The notes below the pieces were generated by a model. It ran no database searches, was not told the DNA's origin, and saw nothing but the letters and a program-made list of their open reading frames with translations. 20,000 bases of DNA from an uncultured virus (IMG/VR IMGVR_UViG_3300028572_000010) (lineage: Duplodnaviria; Heunggongvirae; Uroviricota; Caudoviricetes): the IMG/VR virus record IMGVR_UViG_3300028572_000010, positions 107,353 to 127,352 of that record; one strand, given 5' to 3'. Each line of letters starts with the position of its first letter. Position 1 is the first letter of the stretch. Below are positions 1-9,063 of the stretch, one piece after another. The position numbers and the translations under genes were made by a program.

Positions 1-166
1 CAAATATAGGACGATCCAGACCTAAGTGAATGTTATAAGCTACACTAGTTGCAAAAGCCATTCTAGTACCGGTAGTGTCATCGATATTCTCTAATTGATT
101 TAAAACTGCCCAAAGAATGGCATCTTTAGGGTCAGAGACTAGGGCTGGTAATGGTGATATAGGCAT
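1..166 (-). CDS. Hypothetical protein, 5' part (runs off window start)
   Basis: Hand translation from ATG at 166: MPISPLPALVSDPKDAILWAVLNQLENIDD..., open to position 1; A/C-rich leader upstream. Not in ORF track. Confidence 0.6.
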   Translation of the reverse strand, partial: MPISPLPALVSDPKDAILWAVLNQLENIDDTTGTRMAFATSVAYNIHLGLDRPIF

Positions 167-199
167 AATATTAGTTTGTTGGTTTGTTGGTTTGGTTGT

Positions 200-679
200 T
201 TACTTTTTGGTTTTTGGTTTAATAGCATCCTGGAAATTCTTGAGTTCTTGCTGAGCTGTTTTTATGCTTCTGGTAGTTAGTTTAGCATAATGTTTCTTCT
301 TCTTTTCAATATCTTTTGCTTTTCGGATCAATGCTGGAATAACACTACTATAATGTACAATCGACCTTTGTATTTTAATCAGACTATTATCAACTTCTAT
401 ATATTCCGAACCAGGACTAAAATAGTGGTAATTATAGGTTAATCTATCAAACTCAAAATATAGAAGAGAACTTATTATTGGAATCTCTAAATAGATGTTA
501 ATGTCTCTACATTGACCTACTTTTAATTTATTGTTATTTTTTTGTTCTATCCCACCAAAAGTTAAATTAGAATAAGTATTATTAGTATTCCATATTTGAA
601 CCAATCTATTAACTAAATCTATATTAATTTTAACTATTGTACTATTATGGTCTTGGAAGCATTGTTCTAGGAAAGTCAT
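200..679 (-). CDS. Hypothetical phage protein (159 aa)
   Basis: ORF in a tightly packed minus-strand array; 4-bp overlap with the upstream gene. Confidence 0.7.
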   Translation of the reverse strand: MTFLEQCFQDHNSTIVKINIDLVNRLVQIWNTNNTYSNLTFGGIEQKNNNKLKVGQCRDINIYLEIPIISSLLYFEFDRLTYNYHYFSPGSEYIEVDNSLIKIQRSIVHYSSVIPALIRKAKDIEKKKKHYAKLTTRSIKTAQQELKNFQDAIKPKTKK

Positions 680-996
680 ATAAACAATATTTTAGGGTGT
701 ATTCTACATTTATTCAATTTAAGCTCAGCATAAATCTGTGTAGCTAATTCAAAATCATCTTTATCTATTACTTTATAATAAGTGGAATCTACTTTAGCAG
801 CTAAATAGACTGTATCATTATTATCAAGTTCCACCTTCTTTAGTGATTCTTTACTCGAAATTCTAATATATACGGTTGATTCGTCCAATACCTTTGAAAT
901 ATTTGTAGATCCACTAAATCCATCAAACAAATCTTTTATAATACTAAGTGGGACTAGCTCTTTGGTAGGTTTGGCTACGATGAGGAAATAATTCAT
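676..996 (-). CDS. Hypothetical phage protein (106 aa)
   Basis: ATGA overlaps on both sides. Confidence 0.7.
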   Translation of the reverse strand: MNYFLIVAKPTKELVPLSIIKDLFDGFSGSTNISKVLDESTVYIRISSKESLKKVELDNNDTVYLAAKVDSTYYKVIDKDDFELATQIYAELKLNKCRIHPKILFI

Positions 997-1250
997 ATAT
1001 TTATCATTTTTATATTAATACTTTGTTTAGTTGGTAAAATTTTAATCTTTTCTAGGAAGGAATTCATCATCCTTAAATTCATATCAGCTTCCATGAATAC
1101 TGTTTCATTAGGTATGAAGTTTGTAAATTCTAGGTGATCTGGTTCAGTTATAATAGCTGTTTCTTCAGGTTTAAGCTTAAATTCTGAGGTTATAGTATTA
1201 CCATTTACTATATTTTTAGCTATAACTATTGATATGTTTGGATTGTTCAT
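993..1250 (-). CDS. Hypothetical phage protein (85 aa)
   Basis: ATGA overlaps on both sides. Confidence 0.7.
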   Translation of the reverse strand: MNNPNISIVIAKNIVNGNTITSEFKLKPEETAIITEPDHLEFTNFIPNETVFMEADMNLRMMNSFLEKIKILPTKQSINIKMINI

Positions 1251-1699
1251 AAGTCTGGTTCTAATAGTCTGTTAGTACAGTCTATAAATGGTCTAATTAC
1301 CGGTTCATATTTCATGTTATTAGTCCAGTCATTACAACCACTACAACTACTACAATTATTACAATTAATACAATGATCACACCAACTACTACAACTATTA
1401 CAACCACTACAATTATAACAAGTACTACAACCACTACAACTATTACAACCACTACAACTACTACAACTACTACAATCACTACAAACACTACAAACACTAC
1501 AACTAATACAACCTCTACAAGTACTACAACCACTACAATTACTACAATCATCACAATAACTACAATCATCACAATTACTACAACCTCTACAATCTCTACA
1601 ATTAGTTAGGGTAGGTGAGTATTGAGTAGCTGCTTCTTCTGATAACCAGCTATTATTGTTTTCGTCATACCATCTATTGTTTATTTTTGTTATTGTCAT
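1247..1699 (-). CDS. Cysteine-repeat protein, copy A (about 30 Cxx units; C-terminal RLLEPDL)
   Basis: N-terminus TITKINNRWYDENNNSW..EE.AT.YSPTLTNC is shared with three other ORFs; 9-nt repeat TGT-NNN-NNN. Confidence 0.85.
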   Translation of the reverse strand: MTITKINNRWYDENNNSWLSEEAATQYSPTLTNCRDCRGCSNCDDCSYCDDCSNCSGCSTCRGCISCSVCSVCSDCSSCSSCSGCNSCSGCSTCYNCSGCNSCSSWCDHCINCNNCSSCSGCNDWTNNMKYEPVIRPFIDCTNRLLEPDL

Positions 1700-1707
1700 A
1701 TATTAAG

Positions 1708-1730
1708 GGGAAGATAGTAACTATCCTCCC
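1708..1730 (-). promoter_or_regulatory. Intergenic hairpin 8 nt upstream of the copy A start
   Basis: Minus strand GGGAGGATAG-TTA-CTATCTTCCC: 10-bp stem with one G-U pair that works only on the minus strand. Confidence 0.45.
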
Positions 1731-1739
1731 ATCTTATTT

Positions 1740-1958
1740 TTAGCTATCAACACCTCTAGCCGCAACATAAAGTTGATTATCTTTATTTACGCTTAGCAAT
1801 ACCCATTTAGGTTTATCTGTATTCAGTATCATTCCAAATACTACTGGCATTTCATCGTCAATCATACTTTTAGCTTTGGTAACTAACTCTGCTGGAGCAT
1901 TAGTCACACCATAATTCCAACCTTTACTAGTTATTTCTTCACAGATTTTATAAGTCAT
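1740..1958 (-). CDS. Hypothetical protein (72 aa)
   Basis: ORF with ATGA overlap to the vWA gene. Confidence 0.7.
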   Translation of the reverse strand: MTYKICEEITSKGWNYGVTNAPAELVTKAKSMIDDEMPVVFGMILNTDKPKWVLLSVNKDNQLYVAARGVDS

Positions 1959-2767
1959 ATTTTAGTATCATTAGTTGAAGTTGGATTAGTGATGAAACTT
2001 ATCTGACTAGTACTTGTGACTTTATCCAGGGCATCAATAGAACAAGTAAACATGGCAACAGTATCGACACAACGCTTTTGTAGGACATTGGAAGAAGCTA
2101 AACTATAAGCATATGCAATACCACTACTAGTTTGCTGATAATTCAAACTTTGCCCTGGAGCTACACTATATTGTGAACTTTCTTGAATTGCATCCTGATT
2201 AGCACCTAGATAGATAAACTGCCAATTAAGACTTTGTTTATCCGCTATCCTTCTAGACAGATCATCCTTCTTAAACTTAGTACTGCTATTTTCCGCCCCA
2301 TCAGTAATGACTAGAAAAATAATCCTACCAGGCCTGTCTTCTTCTTTAGTCACATTAATAAACTGTGTGCAATCATCAATAGCTTTACAAAATGCATCTA
2401 TTAATGGAGTTCCACCTACAGGACTTATCTCTTGAATAGGAGTGATGTCGTTAATATTAACTTTATCGAAATGAACTACATAATTGAAATTAACATCAAC
2501 AGGTTCTCCATGATTAGAATTATAGTTAGTAAACCAATTACTAGGATGACTAACACTACTAAAGAATACTACCGAAGTAGTACATTTAACATTATTACTA
2601 CTATCACTTAAATCTTCTGCAAAACTAAGATTTCTATCCTGGCTTGGCAATACCTTCTGTTGATTCAAGAAGTTATTTATGCCATCTACGGTAGCTTGTC
2701 TAGTATTAAACATGCTACCACTATTGTCTACTAATACTACGATATGTGTATAATTTGTATTACTCAT
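1955..2767 (-). CDS. von Willebrand factor A (vWA) domain protein
   Basis: MIDAS motif IVVLVDNSGSM, plus GGTPLIDA, IIFLVITDGAENSS and WQFIYLGANQDA, typical of stand-alone phage/bacterial vWA proteins. Confidence 0.9.
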   Translation of the reverse strand: MSNTNYTHIVVLVDNSGSMFNTRQATVDGINNFLNQQKVLPSQDRNLSFAEDLSDSSNNVKCTTSVVFFSSVSHPSNWFTNYNSNHGEPVDVNFNYVVHFDKVNINDITPIQEISPVGGTPLIDAFCKAIDDCTQFINVTKEEDRPGRIIFLVITDGAENSSTKFKKDDLSRRIADKQSLNWQFIYLGANQDAIQESSQYSVAPGQSLNYQQTSSGIAYAYSLASSNVLQKRCVDTVAMFTCSIDALDKVTSTSQISFITNPTSTNDTKI

Positions 2768-3135
2768 AAGTCTGGTTCTAAAAGTCTCTGGGCCGGGTCA
2801 AATTCTTCTCTTAAAGTTGATTCACGAACAATTTCTTGGGGTTCTAGGTTTATTTTATTTAAATAATTAGCGCAATGTATGCAACTTCTACAAGCATGAC
2901 AAGCATAACAATCTCTGCAATTACTACAATCATAACAATTAATACACGCAATACAATCATTACACCAACTACAACGACTACAATCTCTACAATCTCTACA
3001 CTCTCTACAATAACTACAATCTCTACAACTACTACAATTAGTTAGGGTAGGTGAGTATTGAGTAGCTTCTTCTTCAGTTATCCAACTATTATTGTTTTCA
3101 TCAAAGTATCTATTATTTCTTTTAATTATTGTCAT
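2764..3135 (-). CDS. Cysteine-repeat protein, copy B (19 Cxx units; C-terminal RLLEPDL)
   Basis: Same N-terminal domain as copy A, with 36 identical nt before the repeat. Confidence 0.85.
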   Translation of the reverse strand: MTIIKRNNRYFDENNNSWITEEEATQYSPTLTNCSSCRDCSYCRECRDCRDCSRCSWCNDCIACINCYDCSNCRDCYACHACRSCIHCANYLNKINLEPQEIVRESTLREEFDPAQRLLEPDL

Positions 3136-3659
3136 AGATTTGGATCTAAATTTCTATCTTCATCTGAATACATAGTTCTAGTAGTAGATTGCTCGTCTAC
3201 TGGTCTTACTGTAGGTCTTAGAGAGGCTGTATAATTTGTAGGATCTTCATTTAATGATGGAACAACACTTCTAGTATCAACTACAATTTCAGATCCTCTA
3301 ATTCCTTGTAGTACTCCTCCTACGCTAGCAGGAACTCCAACGACAGTATCTCTTCTCATAATATTGCTTACCTGCCTTATATATTCCATCTCTGTCCTTA
3401 AAGAATTAATCGAATTTGCTAATAATTCTATATTAGATCTTAGTTCACATACGTCTCTATAACGACTATCTAAATTACTTTTAAGTCCTTTTAATTCAGA
3501 CTGGGCCGAAAATTGATGAGTAGGTAAACTACATACTTCATTACTCTTACCTATGTAAATTATATGCTTACCTACATAAGTTATATCAGCGCCTTTAGTT
3601 TCAGGTTTAATACTGTTGAATAACCAATTAATGAATTTAGCTTTGAGTTTGTTTAACAT
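3132..3659 (-). CDS. Hypothetical protein with central coiled coil; C-terminal DRNLDPNL
   Basis: Heptad-like segment LKGLKSNLDSRYRDVCELRSNIELLANSINSLRTEM; overlaps the next gene. Confidence 0.75.
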   Translation of the reverse strand: MLNKLKAKFINWLFNSIKPETKGADITYVGKHIIYIGKSNEVCSLPTHQFSAQSELKGLKSNLDSRYRDVCELRSNIELLANSINSLRTEMEYIRQVSNIMRRDTVVGVPASVGGVLQGIRGSEIVVDTRSVVPSLNEDPTNYTASLRPTVRPVDEQSTTRTMYSDEDRNLDPNL

Positions 3660-3662
3660 AAA

Positions 3663-3836
3663 TTATGAATTTACCCCCAACCCTCCAGCCCCTTTAGATT
3701 TAAGCTTAATATTTGATATTTTAAGCCTAAGTTGTTGATTTATAAGCAGAGTATTGTCTGCTAATGAGTTAATTTTTATCGTATAAAATAGTAGAGCTGA
3801 ATCAAATAAGCCAATACTTAATATTTGATCCAGCAT
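3663..3836 (-). CDS. Small hypothetical protein (57 aa)
   Basis: Hand translation MLDQILSIGLFDSALLFYTIK...GAGGLGVNS* fills the gap exactly; below the ORF-track cutoff. Confidence 0.45.
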   Translation of the reverse strand: MLDQILSIGLFDSALLFYTIKINSLADNTLLINQQLRLKISNIKLKSKGAGGLGVNS

Positions 3837-3842
3837 TAAGGA

Positions 3843-3870
3843 AATCTATACTAACCTATTTATATGTCAA
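3843..3870 (-). promoter_or_regulatory. Possible sigma70-type promoter for the left accessory array
   Basis: TTGACA (3870-3865), 16-nt spacer, TAGATT (3848-3843) just upstream of the 3836 start. Confidence 0.35.
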
Positions 3871-4265
3871 GGAGAGACAGTAATTGAGGAACTATTGATG
3901 GTAACGGTTTCAGGAGTGGATAAAGTACTTAAATCATCCGTTTGTTGACATAGAATTTGAATGTCAGAATATATGTGTGTACTTATATCAGTTAATAAAG
4001 TGGGATCTTCTGATATTAAAGATATGGCACTATCTCTGAAAAACATATTGCCTTGATTAGGACTACTATAAGGCAAATCCTCCATCTCAGTAGGTGAAGC
4101 TACAGTATAGAAAGTATCGTCAAAAGTACCATCAGCTCTAACAATACGTTGTTTGACAAATATATGAGAATCTATATTATTAGAAGAAGTGACGGTAATA
4201 TTTAATAAGTAGTTGCTCGGTCTGGTTGATTGAGCAGTCTGTTGTGTTAATGTTATGGATGTCAT
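3867..4265 (-). CDS. Hypothetical Ser/Thr-rich protein, possibly virion-associated
   Basis: ORF track gives 3867-4289. The second ATG (MTSITLTQQ, 4265) is more plausible because it leaves room for the divergent gene at 4293. Confidence 0.7.
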   Translation of the reverse strand: MTSITLTQQTAQSTRPSNYLLNITVTSSNNIDSHIFVKQRIVRADGTFDDTFYTVASPTEMEDLPYSSPNQGNMFFRDSAISLISEDPTLLTDISTHIYSDIQILCQQTDDLSTLSTPETVTINSSSITVSP

Positions 4266-4292
4266 ACCACAAATTATTATATTAAACAAATT

Positions 4293-4949
4293 ATGGCAAG
4301 TATTTTAAGCATACCTTATGACCCGGAAATCGTTGAAGTAAGCCCTGATGCTTCTGCTCCACCTAAAAGTTATATTGTTCCTAAATTCGATAATTTTGGT
4401 AAAAAGAAAGTAAATGGTGAAATGGTAGGTGGTAGTAAAGAAGCAGAGAAACTAAAAAGATTAATGTTAGATAGTATGCAGAATAGAGGTTCTTTGATGC
4501 CGGGGTTTGTAATGACTCCTACTGGCCCTATAAAAGCAGTACATGCTAAGCAGGAACCTTTAACTATTAAATTTACTAAGCAAGCAACTGAAGAAGTACA
4601 AAACTTAACCAAACCTAAAAAAGGTAAGAAAGCTAAACTACAAGAAATTGAATCATTACCTATTATGGAAGAAACTATGCCTACTAAAACAGAATACCCT
4701 GTCACTTTCATTATTGAGTCAGGTAAGATCAAGGGTATGATAGATGCAGTATTGGAAGATGAATTATTCCTGGCACTAGTATTTAATAATGAGGGATCAG
4801 TAACTTATGTACCAGAACAAGGCAGTCCATTAAAATTATTGTTACCTGATAAAAGACAATTAAATGTAGTTTTTTCAGGCTCTCAATTAGATTGGTACAA
4901 TACTAATCAACAAATATTATTATTCCTTAAACAGGAAAAAGTTAGCTAA
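4293..4949 (+). CDS. Hypothetical protein (218 aa), first gene of the virion block
   Basis: Long ORF with normal composition; Lys-rich linker and compact C-terminal domain. Confidence 0.8.
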   Translation: MASILSIPYDPEIVEVSPDASAPPKSYIVPKFDNFGKKKVNGEMVGGSKEAEKLKRLMLDSMQNRGSLMPGFVMTPTGPIKAVHAKQEPLTIKFTKQATEEVQNLTKPKKGKKAKLQEIESLPIMEETMPTKTEYPVTFIIESGKIKGMIDAVLEDELFLALVFNNEGSVTYVPEQGSPLKLLLPDKRQLNVVFSGSQLDWYNTNQQILLFLKQEKVS

Positions 4950-4978
4950 ACATAAGTAATGATGCTATAATTAATTCT

Positions 4979-5170
4979 ATGATTGATATTAATGATTTAA
5001 TCAAGATGGCAATGGAACCAGAACCTGAAAAACTAGAAGAACAACATTCTCCTACCAGAAAAGTATATGATGCTGTATCTAATAGTGCTACAGTTTTAGG
5101 TAGTGGTGTAGTGGCAGGTATTGCTAGTCTAAATTCATTAGATCAAAAAGCACCACCAAAAACTATATGA
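4979..5170 (+). CDS. Small hypothetical protein (63 aa)
   Basis: ORF whose stop overlaps the next ATG (ATGA). Confidence 0.6.
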   Translation: MIDINDLIKMAMEPEPEKLEEQHSPTRKVYDAVSNSATVLGSGVVAGIASLNSLDQKAPPKTI

Positions 5171-5337
5171 TTAAATATGGCATCGTAGATAAAGACTCTC
5201 ATTCAGATTTCGACCTTACTAAAAAGGCCAAGTACTATGATGAACTAGGTACTGAGATTGCTGATGAGCAGAACAAAGATAAGCTTAAAGAACCTAAATT
5301 GATAGAAATTGAACCTACTAAGCAAAAATCTTCTTGA
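5167..5337 (+). CDS. Small charged hypothetical protein (56 aa)
   Basis: Hand translation MIKYGIVDKDSHSDFDLTKKAKYYDELG...KQKSS*; ATGA overlap; not in ORF track. Confidence 0.65.
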   Translation: MIKYGIVDKDSHSDFDLTKKAKYYDELGTEIADEQNKDKLKEPKLIEIEPTKQKSS

Positions 5338-5460
5338 CTTTTATTTGTTATCTGATACCGTAAAACATTAAGTTATCTAGTTAAAAAAGCTACCTGTTTC
5401 TGTTGCATCAGGACCCTAGTTTGGGAGTTAATGCAACTAACTAGATAACTACAATAATAT

Positions 5461-5685
5461 ATGAATAATCCAATAATGAGAGCTAAGCTTAAAGTAGATT
5501 CAATCACTTTAACTGAATATGGACAAATACTAAACTTAACTGTTAAGTATTCTGACAATCCTGAAGATAATAGCTATTCTAAATATACACCCGTAGCTTC
5601 AGCTTCACTTACTATTACTAATCCAGCTTTAACAGACAAGTTTAAACCAGGACAAGTGTTCTATGTAGATTTTAGTGAAGCGTGA
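5461..5685 (+). CDS. Conserved small phage hypothetical protein
   Basis: Pattern RAKLKV...EDNSYSKYTP.AS..LTITNP....F.PGQVFYVDF matches, from recall, a widespread small phage protein of unknown function. Confidence 0.75.
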   Translation: MNNPIMRAKLKVDSITLTEYGQILNLTVKYSDNPEDNSYSKYTPVASASLTITNPALTDKFKPGQVFYVDFSEA

Positions 5686-5821
5686 ATAACAATTCTGAAG
5701 AAATGAAAGAAGAGTACTTAAGTTAAACTACACTAATTTACAACCATTATGGATAGCTATGTAGGGAATTCAGAGAAAAGTAATAAATCATTGGTAATCC
5801 ACAAATTATAAAGAATAATAT

Positions 5822-7576
5822 ATGAGCCAAGGCCACTTAACTGAAATTGATAATGCACAGATACCTAACTTTTTTGGAGCTGGTGCAGGACCATTAAGAT
5901 ATTCTAATCCCTTCTACGGGGTCCCGCAGCAATTTCTACCATTAAATATTGACCATCAAATTTGGTGGTCTGCACATTTTTTGGTACGCTTTGGCTTTTA
6001 CAGAACCGCATTGGAGAGAATAGCTAACTATTTCATTACTTCTCTTAAGATAGAATGTGATGATATTGATACTAAACAGAAATATGAAGATGCCTTTGAA
6101 AAACTTAAGTGGAAAGAAAGACTTGCAGAATCAGGATTAAACTTGTTGTCTTCCGGCAATCTTATGGTCTCTGTAGCCCAGGGATTTGATAGATTCCTTC
6201 AATGTCAGACTGAAGGTTGTAAGAGAATTACTAATATACAAAAGATAGACAATTATGAATTTACAGCAAAAGGACATTATATTCTTCAATGCCCTCAATG
6301 CCAGGTTAAAGGTGATCATTTATGCATAGATAAACCTAGTAAAGATCTGGAAAGACTTAACCTTATTTTCTGGAATCCTAGGGAAATTCAGATTAGATTT
6401 GATAGAACTACCAATACCTCAGAATACTTGTGGGATATTCCTCAAGAATACAGCAGTAAAGTCACTCAAGTAAACAATAAGTTTTTTAGCAAGGTTACTC
6501 CTAAACCTATATTTGATGCTATTTATAATAAAAGATTGTTTGCATTTAACAATAAGAACTTTGTACATATTAAAACACCTACTCCAGTTCTTATGCCTCA
6601 AACTGGTAAGGGTATTCCACTTTGTATTTATTTATGGGATTCGTTCTTCATGCTTAAAGTATTAGAACGTTATAATGAAACTATAATGTTTGAAGATATA
6701 GTTCCTTTTAGAGTATTTAGCATGGCTCAACCTGGTGGAGATAATAGGCAAACAAGTCCTGTTATTCATCAAAATGCAAGTCAATGGAAGGCACACATAA
6801 ATAATATGATAGAGAAGCATAGACAAGACCCAGGTGCTTATCATATGTTCCCCTTTCCATTTCAATATGACCATTTAGGTGGTGATGGTAAACAAATTGC
6901 ACCTACTGAGCTTATTCAGAACACTATAGGTAATATTCTTAATGCCCTTAATATACCTCAAGAACTATATACCATGAATCTACAAGTACAAGCTATGAGT
7001 CCAGCACTTAGATTATTTGAGAATAGCTGGTCTTTTATGATTGATGTATATAATAACTTATTACAAGAAATAGCAGATATCATTAGTAAAATTCAAGGAT
7101 ATGCCAAGGCTAAGGTGAGTATATTGCCAGTCACTCTTTCAGATGATATTGAACGTAAGAGTATTATTGGTCAATTAGTCAGTGCTAATTCAATTGCTAG
7201 AAGTACCTTGCTCGACATTTACCATCTCGACTTCAAAGACCAGCTCAAGAAGAAGATGGAAGAAGATGAGATTACAAAAGAATTGCAGGAAGAACAACAA
7301 ATTAAAGATCAACTTAAGCAAATGGCTGAATCTGGTCAATCTAATCAACAAGGTGGTTCTAGTCCAGGTGATGTATTGCAACAAGCCCAGACTATTGCTC
7401 AACAACTATTCCCGTTAGATGGAGCACAACGCAGAACTGAATTGCAGAAGATTAAAGCTACTAATCAAACATTATGGTCTAGTGTTAAATCTGCTTTGGA
7501 CGATATGACTAGTCAGGCTAAGTCACAGGGAGTACAAGGAAGCAAACAACAAGCTCAAGGCGGGCAGCAACAATAA
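5822..7576 (+). CDS. Probable portal protein with a CxxxxC/CxxC Zn-ribbon insertion and a Gln-rich tail
   Basis: 584 aa. N-terminal YSNPF..PQQFLP...YRTALERIANYFITSL, mid WNPREIQI and FVHIKTP, and IGNILNALNIPQEL follow the layout of large-phage portals; identified by recall only. Confidence 0.65.
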   Translation: MSQGHLTEIDNAQIPNFFGAGAGPLRYSNPFYGVPQQFLPLNIDHQIWWSAHFLVRFGFYRTALERIANYFITSLKIECDDIDTKQKYEDAFEKLKWKERLAESGLNLLSSGNLMVSVAQGFDRFLQCQTEGCKRITNIQKIDNYEFTAKGHYILQCPQCQVKGDHLCIDKPSKDLERLNLIFWNPREIQIRFDRTTNTSEYLWDIPQEYSSKVTQVNNKFFSKVTPKPIFDAIYNKRLFAFNNKNFVHIKTPTPVLMPQTGKGIPLCIYLWDSFFMLKVLERYNETIMFEDIVPFRVFSMAQPGGDNRQTSPVIHQNASQWKAHINNMIEKHRQDPGAYHMFPFPFQYDHLGGDGKQIAPTELIQNTIGNILNALNIPQELYTMNLQVQAMSPALRLFENSWSFMIDVYNNLLQEIADIISKIQGYAKAKVSILPVTLSDDIERKSIIGQLVSANSIARSTLLDIYHLDFKDQLKKKMEEDEITKELQEEQQIKDQLKQMAESGQSNQQGGSSPGDVLQQAQTIAQQLFPLDGAQRRTELQKIKATNQTLWSSVKSALDDMTSQAKSQGVQGSKQQAQGGQQQ

Positions 7577-7578
7577 TT

Positions 7579-7914
7579 ATGTCTAAACCAAACAAACCCA
7601 AAACTACAACTACTGACGCTATTCTAGGTAAGGCTAAAATACTTAAAGAAGTAACTTATCCTACTACCTGTCTGATCTGTGAAAAGACCATACCAGCTGA
7701 AAGGTTAGAGGCACTTAAGTTAATGAATACTACTAGAGATAGATGGACTTGTATTGGTTGTAGTCAGGTAAGTAAAGTTAAAGGTTTATACTTGGGTGAG
7801 AGTGGAACTAGTCAATTACAGATCTGTACTAGAGTATATAATGACTCAGTTAGAAGTGTATTTAAGAGTGCAGAGACTGATTTAGAAGATAATAGTGAAG
7901 AGGAAAAAGTCTAA
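7579..7914 (+). CDS. DksA/TraR-type C4 zinc-finger protein
   Basis: CLICEKTIPAERLEAL...WTCIGC matches the CxxCxxxIPxxRLxA...CxxC signature. Confidence 0.8.
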   Translation: MSKPNKPKTTTTDAILGKAKILKEVTYPTTCLICEKTIPAERLEALKLMNTTRDRWTCIGCSQVSKVKGLYLGESGTSQLQICTRVYNDSVRSVFKSAETDLEDNSEEEKV

Positions 7915-7917
7915 CCT

Positions 7918-8712
7918 ATGTCTAGTCCATCACTACAAGAAATACTTAGTAGATTAAATATAAATGGTGCCACAACTTTAGGTGGCATCAATTTTCCCAA
8001 CTATCTTGTATCTACTAATAACTCTGGAGTAATAGATGCAACCTTATTCACTAGTACCCAATCAGTATATCAAGTAACGACTATTGGTGGTGGATTAGGA
8101 AGTATTACTAGTCCTAAAACTTGTGAAATAGCTATATTAGATAGTTCTTCAGTCTATGTTTACTCCTTAAGTGGTTGGTTATTGATAAGCTATACTGGTT
8201 CTGGAGTATTACCTTTTACTGGAGCTGGGTTTTCCAGCACTAATGTTCAAGCTGCGATAAATGAATTAGCAGGGAAAACCTTGCTTAATACTGGAGGTAC
8301 AATAACAGGTTTAGTCTCATTCACTAATAATCCTCCATTCAGTGTTTCTAATGCTAGTCTAGTAACTAATTTAACAGCAAATTATCTTTATGTTAATAGT
8401 GTAATTGGTAGTCAGCGAGGAGATTACTTTACTAATGCATCTAATCTAGTTAATGGTACTATCGGATCAAGCTTGCTTAGTGGTGCATATAATATTAGTG
8501 TGCAATCTGCCAGTACTGCTGTTACTGCTAATAATGCTCTACACGCTAATTCGGCTACTACTTTAGATACCGGACTACCCTTCAATCAAGTTACTGTAGG
8601 TGGCAATAACGCATTATCATCTACTAATACTACCTTAACCATAGTTGCTGGGGCTAATATTACATTAAGTTTAAATCCAGCTACTAATACCTTAACTATA
8701 TCTGCTAGCTAA
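7918..8712 (+). CDS. Tail fibre-like or virion structural protein
   Basis: Rich in S/T/G/N/A; contains TNVQAAINELA, GGTITG and ASTAVTANNALHANSATTL segments typical of fibre proteins. Confidence 0.6.
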   Translation: MSSPSLQEILSRLNINGATTLGGINFPNYLVSTNNSGVIDATLFTSTQSVYQVTTIGGGLGSITSPKTCEIAILDSSSVYVYSLSGWLLISYTGSGVLPFTGAGFSSTNVQAAINELAGKTLLNTGGTITGLVSFTNNPPFSVSNASLVTNLTANYLYVNSVIGSQRGDYFTNASNLVNGTIGSSLLSGAYNISVQSASTAVTANNALHANSATTLDTGLPFNQVTVGGNNALSSTNTTLTIVAGANITLSLNPATNTLTISAS

Positions 8713-8798
8713 AAAATAAAAATGAGCTGGAAAACTTATAGAGAAAATTTCCCTACAGTTCTCCATCTTGTAGTCAAACTAAAGCAGTTCAATACTAG

Positions 8799-8826
8799 GC
8801 CCCTCCTACTAAAGAATAGGAGGGGC
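8799..8826. terminator. GC-rich hairpin between convergent transcription units
   Basis: GCCCCTCCTA-CTAAAGAA-TAGGAGGGGC: perfect 10-bp stem, no clear U-tract. Confidence 0.55.
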
Positions 8827-8832
8827 GCAAAA

Positions 8833-9063
8833 TTATGTTTTGTTCCTTTTAGCCAGTTTTTCTGCCAAAGGTGCAGGAAGTTTCACTTTCTCTCTAGGTT
8901 TTTTGATTGTATCAGCAGCACACCAATCATACTTAAAAATCGCCCACATTATTTTTATGGAAAATACTATAACTACTACTTTAAATAACAAACCAGTTTC
9001 ATATAAACCAGCTACTAGAATAAATAATGCCAACCAACCAGAGGAAGTTAACTTCTTGTTCAT
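8833..9063 (-). CDS. Small membrane protein (76 aa)
   Basis: Two hydrophobic segments and a basic tail; ends just before the hairpin; overlaps the plus-strand ORF. Confidence 0.5.
   Translation of the reverse strand: MNKKLTSSGWLALFILVAGLYETGLLFKVVVIVFSIKIMWAIFKYDWCAADTIKKPREKVKLPAPLAEKLAKRNKT

Noticed and set aside
1330..1600. CRISPR array or DGR template/variable repeats in the Cys-repeat tracts
   Set aside because: No 25-45 nt repeat-spacer structure. Many codons are NNT, but copies differ in length, include AGA/TGG/GAG/GCG, and none is an adenine-only template; no reverse transcriptase is in the window. A genome-wide RT search would be needed to exclude a DGR fully.
1312..1609. Poly-Val and poly-Thr ORFs (also 12120-12470, 12385-12582, 18532-18747, 18581-18769)
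   Set aside because: Alternative-frame and antisense shadows of the 9-nt Cys repeat; only the Cys frame carries the conserved head and fits the gene packing.
1955..2767. vWA protein as the Ro60 partner of the Y-RNA-like element
   Set aside because: Ro60 requires a large TROVE domain; this protein is a stand-alone vWA domain of 270 aa.
5334..5361. Sigma70 promoter TTGACT-N16-TACCGT
   Set aside because: Weak -10 match in AT-rich sequence; not distinguishable from chance by eye.
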